NCBI GenBank assembly: GCA_963719555.1
Contig: CAVRCL010000005.1
Location: 332,969 to 396,968 of the forward strand
Reading direction: 5' to 3'
Source: Thermoanaerobaculia bacterium
GTDB lineage: Bacteria; Acidobacteriota; Thermoanaerobaculia; Multivoradales; JAGPDF01
DNA length: 64,000 nucleotides
Shown here: positions 1 to 7,901 of the stretch, in pieces
How the letters are laid out: the number at the start of each line of letters is the position of its first letter
How positions within the stretch are numbered: the stretch's first letter is position 1
The notes under the pieces: generated by a model
Told to the model about the DNA's origin: nothing
Databases searched by the model: none
Seen by the model: only the letters and a program-made list of their open reading frames with translations
Program-made: the position numbers and the translations under genes

Positions 1-287
1 GGGAAGTTCGCGACGAGGAGTCGCGAGTGGTGGAGATTCGCGCTCAGCGACTCGATGGAAACAGAGAAGCGGTGGGCTCGGACCTTCGAATCAATGAGAC
101 CACAGAAGGCGACCTGTGGCTGACCAGCGTCGCGAGCCGCGAAGATGGAACGACCGTGTTCGAGTGGGAGTCGTTTACTCTCGAGGGTGAAAGTCGTGGC
201 CAATTTGGCGCCGCCCGGGCTCGGGCGGGCGAGGTCTCGCAGGGGGAATATCGCTTGGCGGCTCCATGGGAAGCAGACGCTCAGTGA
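1..287 (+). CDS. 3' end of a secreted repeat protein (5' part lies outside the window), paralogous to the repeat region of the next gene
   Basis: The frame is open from nt 3 to the TGA at 285-287. The peptide VEIRAQRLDGNREAVGSDLRINETTEGDLWLTSVASREDGTTVFEWES fits the ~55-aa unit (xYxRxxxxGxPxxxExxxN....W.S) repeated in ORF 266..2284. Confidence 0.4.
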   Translation, partial: EVRDEESRVVEIRAQRLDGNREAVGSDLRINETTEGDLWLTSVASREDGTTVFEWESFTLEGESRGQFGAARARAGEVSQGEYRLAAPWEADAQ

Positions 288-2284
288 GCATCTTCCGGAC
301 TTCTATCGCAGCCTGGTTACTCATCTCTGGGCTTCCCGTAATCGTTCTGGCTCAGAAGCCACTTGGCGGCGAGGCGCCCGTCAGTCCGAACCCTGTTGGC
401 GAGAGCAGAACAAGACTACTCTCAGCAGGTGAGGAGCGTGCGCTGGTGCTCTGGACCTCTACGTCGACGCTCACTTTGCGTGTACAGGGCCGTTCGCTCT
501 TACCGCTCGATGAGAGCACCGCCGAGCTGGAGCTTTCCGGGGGGCAGTCCACGTTTTCTGATGCCGATGTGAATAGTGTTGGCCAAGCGGTCTTGACGTT
601 TGGTGGGTATCAGGGGCCGTTCTTTCAGCGCTTTCGCCTCGACGGATCCTTGGTGGGTCCCGTTGGACAGGCACATGTCCCCGGTTTTGCGGGAGGGCTT
701 TCCGACCTCTTCGTACGTGAAGACGGGAGCTTCGTGCTGGTTTTTACGACGATTGACACCTCGAGCGATGACTCGACGCAGCAGGTGTCATTGCGGATCT
801 TTGACGCTGCAGGAGTCCCCTTAACTGGCCTCCTTCAGGTGAGTACTCGCGACGACCTCTACCACTATGAGCCGCGGGTGGGTGGCGACCGGGACGGGAA
901 CTTCACCATCGCCTGGAGCGCCGAAGTCGACACGGAGTTCTCCGACCAGAATGTGTACTACCGGCGCTACGACCGGAATGGGTCACCTCTCGGCCCGCCT
1001 ATCGTGCTCTCCGAAACGACCGCTGGAAACCAGTATCTGGGCGGATTCAGCTGCAATCTCGAAGGGCGCTGCGCGGCGGTTTGGCAGGGGTTTGCTGGGG
1101 ACTCCGGGTCTTTCGACATCTACTATCGGATTCTGAATGAAGCGGGCGCGCCGGCGACCGGCGAGCTGCGCGCGAACCAATTCTTGCCCAACACGCACTC
1201 GCGGCCCGCACTGTCCATGAACCGGGCGGGGGAGATCGCGATCAGCTGGACGAGCGAGTTTCAGGACGATCGAATCCAGGATATCTACGCTCGTCTCTTT
1301 CGCGCCGACGGTGCGCCGGCATCGGACGAGTTTCGCGTCAACGAGCTCTCGGCGGACAACGTCGACGACCAGTCGGAGATCCTCCTGTCGGACGAAGGCA
1401 GCCTGCGGGTCGCCTGGGTGAACTTCAACGGTGTCGTCCCCAGCAACTACATTCTCATGAGCCGGCGCTTCTTGCGGGGTTGTTCCGCGGCGAGCTCTCC
1501 GCTGACCCTCGACGACAGTCGTTTCGAGCTCTGCACGCGATGGGAGGACTTGGCGGGGAACTTCGGCGACGGAAGCCCGACCCCCCTGCGAGCCACCAGC
1601 GGCGGGTTCTGGTTCTTCTCGCCGGACATCCTGGAGCTGCTGGCGAAGACGGTCGATGGCTGCGATTACAACGGCTCCTACTGGACGTTTGCGGCCGGCC
1701 TGACCAATCTCGGAGTCGACCTGACAATCCTCGACCGCTGGACCGGGAGAACCCGCTCTTACTGGAATCCACCGCGCGCGGCCTTCCAGCCGCTCCTGGA
1801 CATCGAGTCGCTCGAGACCTGCGGGGCGCTGCCCCTTGACGCTTCGGCGGCTCCGAGCGCGCTCCGACGCCAGGCAGTCAAGGACATCGCAGGGGTCGGA
1901 ACCAGGGTAAGAGTGGGCGGCACCTGTGAACCGGATGCGACCCACCACTGCCTGCAGCAGGGACGGTTTCGCGTCTCGGTTCACTGGCAGGACTTCGCCG
2001 GCCGCCAAGGCGAAGGACTTGCGCTACCCTTCTCGGCCGATAGTGGGCTCTTCTGGTTCTTCGACCCGGAGAACATTGAGATCGCGACGAAGGTGCTCGA
2101 CGGTTGTGGGGTCAACGACCGGTTCTGGGTCTTTGTTGCCGGACTGACGAACGTGGCGGTTCGGGTCGACGTCGAGGACACCTGGACCGACGAGGCTTGG
2201 AGCCGCGACGTCACCCTGGGCACGCCTTTTCCCCCCTTTCAGGATATCTCCGCCTTCGCGACCTGCGACGCCGTCAGCCCCTAG
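266..2284 (+). CDS. Secreted repeat protein with a signal peptide, about 5 blade-like repeats and two tandem Cys-bounded C-terminal modules
   Basis: ATG at 266. N-terminus MGSRRSVSIFRTSIAAWLLISGLPVIVLAQ looks like a signal peptide. Repeat units include VYYRRYDRNGSPLGPPIVLSE, IYYRILNEAGAPATGELRANQ and IYARLFRADGAPASDEFRVNE. Modules at nt 1481-1822 and 1925-2266 share FWFF..E...K..DGC..N..W.F.AGLTN....D.W. Confidence 0.75.
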   Translation: MGSRRSVSIFRTSIAAWLLISGLPVIVLAQKPLGGEAPVSPNPVGESRTRLLSAGEERALVLWTSTSTLTLRVQGRSLLPLDESTAELELSGGQSTFSDADVNSVGQAVLTFGGYQGPFFQRFRLDGSLVGPVGQAHVPGFAGGLSDLFVREDGSFVLVFTTIDTSSDDSTQQVSLRIFDAAGVPLTGLLQVSTRDDLYHYEPRVGGDRDGNFTIAWSAEVDTEFSDQNVYYRRYDRNGSPLGPPIVLSETTAGNQYLGGFSCNLEGRCAAVWQGFAGDSGSFDIYYRILNEAGAPATGELRANQFLPNTHSRPALSMNRAGEIAISWTSEFQDDRIQDIYARLFRADGAPASDEFRVNELSADNVDDQSEILLSDEGSLRVAWVNFNGVVPSNYILMSRRFLRGCSAASSPLTLDDSRFELCTRWEDLAGNFGDGSPTPLRATSGGFWFFSPDILELLAKTVDGCDYNGSYWTFAAGLTNLGVDLTILDRWTGRTRSYWNPPRAAFQPLLDIESLETCGALPLDASAAPSALRRQAVKDIAGVGTRVRVGGTCEPDATHHCLQQGRFRVSVHWQDFAGRQGEGLALPFSADSGLFWFFDPENIEIATKVLDGCGVNDRFWVFVAGLTNVAVRVDVEDTWTDEAWSRDVTLGTPFPPFQDISAFATCDAVSP

Positions 2285-2350
2285 CCGTGCTTGGCGGGCT
2301 CCGCCTCTCCCTTGTGCAAGAGGCGGATCAAGGGTAGAAAGCCTTTTGCG

Positions 2351-4138
2351 ATGCGGGTCGGGGAACACAAGGAGGCGCTGGTCGGGCGGGTGCGGGTCCT
2401 GTCGGGGGTGGTCGGGGTCTGTCTCGGCGTGATCGCCGGGGCGTTCTGGTTCGTCCAGGTGGTGCGCGGCAGCTACTACCGTGACCTCGCCGAGAACAAC
2501 CGCCTGCGCAAGGTGGCGATCAAGGCGCCGCGCGGCTCGATCTACGACCGCAACGGCCGCGTCATGGTCGAGAATCTGCCGAGCTACAACCTCCTGCTCG
2601 ACCGGAGCCGCGCTTCCGACTTCGCGGCCAGCCTCGAGTTCGCCGCGCCGATCCTCGAGCGCCCGCTGCCCGAGCTCGAAGCCCTGCTCGAGCGCTACCG
2701 CGCAGTGCCTTCGTTCCAGCCGGTACTCCTCGGGGAGGGCTTGACGCTCGATCAGGTGGCGCGCTTCCAAGTCGAGCAGTTGGCGCACCCCGAATTCGTG
2801 GTGGACGTCTCCCACCGCCGTCTCTATCGCCTCGGAGTTCAGGCGGCGCACGTCCTGGGGTACCTGGGCGAGGCCCGTCCCGAAGAGCTCGCCGATCCGC
2901 TCAAGGGATTGAAGATCGGCGATTGGGTCGGGCGGCGGGGCGTCGAGCTCGAATACGACGCGCGTCTACGCGGGGAGGACGGCGAACGCGTCGTCGTCGT
3001 CGACAGCCACGGGCAGTCGGTCGAGGAGCTGGGGCGCCAGGTCGGACGCCCGGGTGGCGAGCTCACCCTGTCGATCGACGCGGAGCTGCAGCAGGAGGCC
3101 GAGCGCCAGCTCGAGGGCAAGGCGGGGGCAGTCGTCGCGCTCGATCCCAGGAACGGCGAGATCCTGGCGCTGGTGTCGTCGCCCGGGTACGATCCCAACC
3201 TTTTCACGCGGCGGCTCGAGGTCGCCGAATGGCAGCGGCTGATCCAGGATCCGCTCTTGCCGCTGCAGAATCGCGCCCTCGCCAGCGCCTATCCGCCGGG
3301 ATCGGTCTTCAAGATGGTGATGGCGTCGGCCGGCCTCGCCGAGGGCGTCATCACGCCCGCAGACGGCGTCTTCTGCAACGGAGCCAAGGTCTTCTACAAG
3401 CGCGCTTTCCATTGCTGGAAAGCGGGCGGGCACGGCTTCATGAATCTCGAGGCGGCGCTCAAGAACTCCTGCGACGTCTACTTCTACACCCTGGGCCAGA
3501 AACTCGGCATCGAGCGCATCGCCCGGTACGCCCGGCTCTTCGACTTCGGCACGCCAACCGGCATCGACCTCGACGGCGAGAAGCGGGGCCTCGTTCCGGA
3601 CGGCGCCTGGAGCGAGCGCCAGCGCCGACATCCCTGGTACCCCGGCGAGACGATCTCGGTGGCGATCGGACAGGGGGCGCTGCTCGCCACGCCGTTGCAG
3701 ATGGCGGTGATGACGGCCGCCTTCGCCAACGGCGGAAAGGTGGTGACGCCACATCTGATGCGCGGCGACGAGAGCCATCCGCCGCGGCGCATCGAGCTCG
3801 CGCCGGCCATCTTCGAGCCGGTCCGGCGCGGCATGTGGAAAGTCGTCAACGACGGCGGCACCGGCGCCTCCTCGCGGGTGGCCGGGGTCGAGATCGCCGG
3901 CAAGACCGGCACGGTGCAGGTGGTGGCGCACACCGCCTTCGAGGACTCGAACCTGCGGCCGTACGCAGAGCGCAACCACGCCTGGTTCGCCTCGTTCGCG
4001 CCGTTCGACAATCCGACCGTAGTCATCGTGGTCTTCCTCGAGCACGGTGGCCAGGGTTCACGCGCCGCGGCGCCAGTGGCCAAGGTTCTCTATGAAAAGC
4101 TCTTCCGGTCCGATCTCCGCACCGCTCCCGCTGCCTGA
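2351..4138 (+). CDS. mrdA: Penicillin-binding protein 2 (elongation transpeptidase)
   Basis: Single N-terminal TM segment (VVGVCLGVIAGAFWFVQVV). SxxK motif PPGSVFKM and KTG motif AGKTGTVQV. Lies immediately upstream of rodA. ATG 2351 preferred over the ORF-track start at 2291. Confidence 0.92.
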   Translation: MRVGEHKEALVGRVRVLSGVVGVCLGVIAGAFWFVQVVRGSYYRDLAENNRLRKVAIKAPRGSIYDRNGRVMVENLPSYNLLLDRSRASDFAASLEFAAPILERPLPELEALLERYRAVPSFQPVLLGEGLTLDQVARFQVEQLAHPEFVVDVSHRRLYRLGVQAAHVLGYLGEARPEELADPLKGLKIGDWVGRRGVELEYDARLRGEDGERVVVVDSHGQSVEELGRQVGRPGGELTLSIDAELQQEAERQLEGKAGAVVALDPRNGEILALVSSPGYDPNLFTRRLEVAEWQRLIQDPLLPLQNRALASAYPPGSVFKMVMASAGLAEGVITPADGVFCNGAKVFYKRAFHCWKAGGHGFMNLEAALKNSCDVYFYTLGQKLGIERIARYARLFDFGTPTGIDLDGEKRGLVPDGAWSERQRRHPWYPGETISVAIGQGALLATPLQMAVMTAAFANGGKVVTPHLMRGDESHPPRRIELAPAIFEPVRRGMWKVVNDGGTGASSRVAGVEIAGKTGTVQVVAHTAFEDSNLRPYAERNHAWFASFAPFDNPTVVIVVFLEHGGQGSRAAAPVAKVLYEKLFRSDLRTAPAA

Positions 4139-5234
4139 CGCGCGGCCGCGGCTCGAGCACCTGGCGACGATCCGCTGGGGACTCCTGGCCGCGGCTCTCG
4201 CGCTGACGGTGATCGGTCTCGCCACGGTCCACAGCGCCTCGGCAGAGCTCGGCACGGACTATTTCTCGCGCCAGCTCGTCTGGGTCGGCGTCGGCGTGGT
4301 GGCGATGGTCGTCGCCTTCAGCTTCAACTACCACACCCTCCTCGGTTTCTCGCTGCCGCTCTATGTCCTCTCCCTGGTCGCCCTGGCGCTGGTGCTGGTC
4401 CTGGGCTACGAAGCCGGCGGCGCGCAGGGCTGGTTCCGGCTCGGGTCGATCGGCGTCCAGCCCTCCGAGTTCGCCAAGCTGATCACGGCGCTCTATCTGG
4501 CGCGCTACCTCGCGGCACCGTCGACGCGCCAGTTGCCGTTGCGCCAGATCTTCACCGCGGTGGGCCTGGTGGCGCTGCCGATGCTGCTCATCGTTTTCGA
4601 GCCCGATCTCGGCGGCGCGGCGATGTTCGTGCCGATGGCGGCGGGGATGCTCCTGGTCTCCGGCGTGCGGCTGCGGGTCCTGTTCACCACCCTCGCCGCA
4701 TGCGTGGTGGCGGGGCTGCTGATCTGGAGCCTGGGGATGAAGCCGTACCAGCGCCAGCGGGTGCTCACCTTTCTCGCCCCCGACACCGACCCGCTCGGCG
4801 CCGGCTACCAGGTGCGGCAGTCGAAGATCGCGGTCGGCTCGGGGGAGCTCGCGGGCCGCGGCTACGGCCAGGGGACGCAGAGTCAGCTGCGCTTCCTGCC
4901 GGCACGCCACACCGACTTCATCCTCTCGGTGCTCGCCGAGGAATGGGGCTTCGTCGGCGTCGGCACGGTGCTGCTGCTCTACGCCGCCTACCTCGCCAAC
5001 GTCGCCGCCGTCGCCATGCGGGCGCAAGACCGTGCCGGGATCCTGCTCGTCGTTGGCCTCGGGAGCACCTTCGCCTTCCACGTGCTCTACAACTCGGCGA
5101 TGGTCATCGGCCTGGTGCCGGTGACCGGCATTCCGCTGCCCTTCCTCTCCTACGGCGGCTCCTTCACCCTGCTCAACTTCATCGGCCTCGGGCTGATCCT
5201 GGGCGTCGACTACCGCCGCTTCGCCAATCGGTAG
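4092..5234 (+). CDS. rodA: Rod shape-determining protein RodA (FtsW/RodA/SpoVE family)
   Basis: Polytopic membrane protein with family-typical segments (GSIGVQPSEFAKL, RQSKIAVGSGELAGRGYG, LPARHTDFILSVLAEEWGF, TGIPLPFLSYGGS). ATG 4092 overlaps the end of mrdA by 47 nt. Confidence 0.9.
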   Translation: MKSSSGPISAPLPLPDARPRLEHLATIRWGLLAAALALTVIGLATVHSASAELGTDYFSRQLVWVGVGVVAMVVAFSFNYHTLLGFSLPLYVLSLVALALVLVLGYEAGGAQGWFRLGSIGVQPSEFAKLITALYLARYLAAPSTRQLPLRQIFTAVGLVALPMLLIVFEPDLGGAAMFVPMAAGMLLVSGVRLRVLFTTLAACVVAGLLIWSLGMKPYQRQRVLTFLAPDTDPLGAGYQVRQSKIAVGSGELAGRGYGQGTQSQLRFLPARHTDFILSVLAEEWGFVGVGTVLLLYAAYLANVAAVAMRAQDRAGILLVVGLGSTFAFHVLYNSAMVIGLVPVTGIPLPFLSYGGSFTLLNFIGLGLILGVDYRRFANR

Positions 5235-5260
5235 TCGCTCAAGCTGGTTCCCAAGTCTGC

Positions 5261-5746
5261 CTAGCTTGCTTGCTCACCCTCGTCGGTCCAGATCACATGC
5301 GCGTAGTCGTCTAGAGACTTCAGAGCGTCGATGCTCTCGACCGAGACATCGTCCAACTGCGAGCGAAGTTGTTCCAGCGATTCCCAGGACCCGGCACCCA
5401 GAAAGAGCTTTCTTGCGATCTCGGTTGTCCAAACACAGAACTGATCCCGCTCTACCTGGGTTAGCTTCTTCTTGAGGTCGCTACCGTGTGCAAAAGTGCT
5501 GCGCTCGTCATAGGCCTTGCGAGCGATCTTCTCAACGTCGAATCCGCGCTCAGTGGCCCTGCCAAGCCTCACGAGATTTGCAAACCGCCGGGTGAAAAGC
5601 TTCGTCTGGGAATCGCCTCTCCGAGGAGGCTTCCCTACTAGGAGCGCATCCAAGGCTGAGACCAACAAGAACAGCTGCTCATGGGCGTCTGGTTCGCGAC
5701 GAGCCCGTGCGAGCCTTCGAATCGACGTCAAGATCGCCCCGGCCAA
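5261..5746 (-). CDS. Hypothetical all-helical protein with a HEPN-like Rx4H motif
   Basis: 161-aa ORF (TTG start) inside the lower-GC stretch. The motif AYDERSTFAHG (R-x4-H) sits where HEPN domains carry their catalytic motif. Flanking sequence looks helical. No other family signature recognised. Confidence 0.45.
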   Translation of the reverse strand: MAGAILTSIRRLARARREPDAHEQLFLLVSALDALLVGKPPRRGDSQTKLFTRRFANLVRLGRATERGFDVEKIARKAYDERSTFAHGSDLKKKLTQVERDQFCVWTTEIARKLFLGAGSWESLEQLRSQLDDVSVESIDALKSLDDYAHVIWTDEGEQAS

Positions 5747-5775
5747 GTCTGAATGGGACCCCTTGGTGGTCTTCT

Positions 5776-6631
5776 TTAGTTGAAAGAGGGCGCTAGCTTC
5801 GACAGTGCCTGGAATCGGCTACCCTCCGCGTTCAGTTGAAGCGTCTCGAAACCCTGGTAGTGCGGTGGAAATGGCTGAGGAAGCTCAGAAAAAGCGGTAG
5901 GTCTGCGGCAATCATCAGACCCGAATTCTGGCCGAACCGGAATCAGAATTGCGCAGATTTCACCAGGGGCACTGACAATCGACGGTGCGTGCTCGAACCG
6001 GGCACCGGAGGAGTCGAATAGGGAGAGTAAGCCGCACGGGTTCGAGGCTTCCTGAATGCCAGCGTCGAGCACACTGTAACGATCTCCGGCACATGGGGAG
6101 AAGAGGAGCCAGTCGTAGTTGTCCACAAGGGCGCGGTGTGACCCATCGGAACTGAGCCACTCTTCGTTCTTCACGCAGAGCTCAGGATCGCGACCAGGAT
6201 GCAGCAACTCCAGAATCTTCCGAGTGATAAACCGGCCGTCGACGAGTTGTTGTCCGAGCCAGGGATGTGAAGCCGGCTCGTCCTCGGCTTCCCAGTCCTC
6301 GGACAGCTGAACGCCATCGAAGGAGAAGCGCCGAATTCCCAGTCGCCAGACTCACCTTCGAAAGCTCGTTCAAGGTAGTGACTCAGGGAGAGGCTGAGCA
6401 TCTTTCGGCGAGCTCTGGATTGCGGATCCACGCGATAACGGAATCCCACAGCCACCTGTCAGAGGCGGTCGTGTGAAGCGCCGTGCCTGGACGCCGCTGA
6501 TGAAGCTGGAGCAGATTGCTGAAGTCTCCAAACCCGGATGTTTGATCGTCGAGAAGCCAGAAGATCTCGGAGGCATCTCTGTCAGGGTGACCAACCTCTT
6601 GCCTTACCTTCTTTGAAGTCGAAGATCCCAT
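5776..6631 (-). pseudogene. Frame-broken gene of unknown function upstream of the HEPN-like ORF
   Basis: Protein-like text can only be followed by hopping frames: ...EIFWLLDDQTSGFGDFSNLLQLHQRRPG..WDSVIAWIRNPELAER / SLSHYLERAFEGESGDWEFGASP / FDGVQLSEDWEAEDEPASHPWLGQQLVDGRFITRKILELLHPGRDPELCVKNEEW.... The last piece is ORF 5776..6207, which ends 30 nt before ORF 5261..5746. Confidence 0.35.
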
Positions 6632-7125
6632 CTTCGGTCAGCCGAAACGCTGGGGCCATACCGCTCTCCGATTCCCAATGGGTCTGTCGGCGAAGAGGGC
6701 GTGTCGCGAACAGAGGCGTCCCATTCTGCTCCTCGAATCGAGGAGGTTAATGGCTTCGCCAGGGGTGGCGGGGGGCAGGGCCTTCGCGAATTTCCTCCTT
6801 GACTTGGTTGTCACGCCGCGAGCGTAACGGCGGGAGCACGGGCTCCAGTCTTCCCGTGGAAATTCGTCGAGAGAGAGGCGGCGCCTCGAACTGAAGGTCC
6901 TTGATGAGGGCGGGGCCAAGTCGGTCTCGCCCAGGACTTGCCAAGCAACAGCAGGTCCTCCGCCTCTTTGTCGAGCTTCTTCTTCTCGGTCGCCTTGAGG
7001 AGGGACATGTGCCTAGCCTACCTGTTGCTTCTGAGAGTTCTGCCACTCGTAGCGGTCTTGCGGCAGCGCCAGATTTCTTGCAGCATTCTCCGGGAATACC
7101 TAGTCGAAGAAGAAAGGAGTCGGGC

Positions 7126-7663
7126 ATGCGTTCCTTGGGACTCGGGCTGGTGCTTCTTGGATGCGCGGCGATGGCGTCGGGTGAGGAGGTCGGCTCGGTC
7201 GCCTGGGGAGACAGACTTTGTACGACATCCGGCGGCTCGGCACCGCACTGGAGGTCTGGCTCATGGCGCGCACGGAAAGTCTCAGCGCAGCCGAGCGAGC
7301 GGCAATGGAGGCCAAGGCAGAAGCGCTCGTCCAAGCACAGAAGAAGGCCAATGATGGAACGCGGCGAGTGGGTAGACCCGGCGACACTGACCAATGAACA
7401 GATTTCTCGAGAGACTGAAGAAGCCGCTGCCCCCGAGGGCGGGACTTCGGAGAGGCCCGAGCAGCTAGACGACGGCGCAGGTGAAAGCACTGCTCCAACC
7501 GGCGGGATCGAAGCCACTCATGGAAGCGATACCTCTGGTGGATGGCTGGGGACGACCGATCGAAGTCTGGGGAGACCTCGACAAGACCTGCTCCACCACA
7601 CCGTCTTCGCTATCCGAAAGCGCCGGCACCAACGGCCGGTTTGACGAGCCCGCCAACGTATGA
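7126..7663 (+). pseudogene. Frame-broken lipoprotein-like gene with pseudopilin (T2SS GspG-type)-like segments
   Basis: SD aaaggag lies 6 nt before ATG 7126. Lipobox-like MRSLGLGLVLLGCAAM. The text continues in frame 0 (LYDIRRLGTALEVWLMARTES...) and then frame 2 (KALLQPAGSKPLMEAIPLVDGWGRPIEVWGD). These resemble the ..l..ALe.y and DPWG.pY motifs of GspG-type domains. Weak call, by eye only. Confidence 0.3.
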
Positions 7664-7794
7664 AACGGGGGAATTCGAAGAAAATGGTGTAGTGAAGCCG
7701 ATGACATGGCGTTATGGGGCGATGGGTCTTTCTTTCGGTGGCCGCTCGCGGACGCTTAGTACGCTCACCCCTTCGTTGTCCGGGACTCGGAACG

Positions 7795-7822
7795 GCCTAG
7801 AGGCTGACGACGGCCTCTAGGC
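7795..7822. other. Perfect 10-bp GC-rich hairpin at the right edge of the low-GC stretch
   Basis: gcctagaggc (7795-7804), 8-nt loop, gcctctaggc (7813-7822). No T-run follows. Confidence 0.3.
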
Positions 7823-7901
7823 GCCAGGACTGGGCGCGAGAGCCCGGGAAATAGGAGCTTCGAGGCCCCGCTGCGGGTAAGATCGGCGACGGAGGTCCCC
7901 G

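Noticed and set aside
983-2008. 341-aa minus-strand ORF antisense to the secreted repeat protein gene.
   Set aside because: It is a typical high-GC shadow ORF. It is Arg/Ala/Pro/Gly-rich with no motif, and it is fully contained in a plus-strand gene that has a signal peptide and internal repeats.
2923-4095. 390-aa plus-strand and 359-aa minus-strand ORFs inside mrdA, and a 352-aa minus-strand ORF (4023..5081) inside rodA.
   Set aside because: These are alternative-frame or antisense ORFs with extreme Arg/Gly/Pro content. The mrdA and rodA frames carry the family motifs (SxxK, KTG, FtsW/RodA segments).
6747-7644. Overlapping 256-aa minus-strand and 247-aa plus-strand ORFs in the low-GC stretch.
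   Set aside because: Neither reads as a coherent protein along its whole length. Only segments look protein-like, and they switch frame. They are treated as parts of decayed genes, not as intact CDSs.
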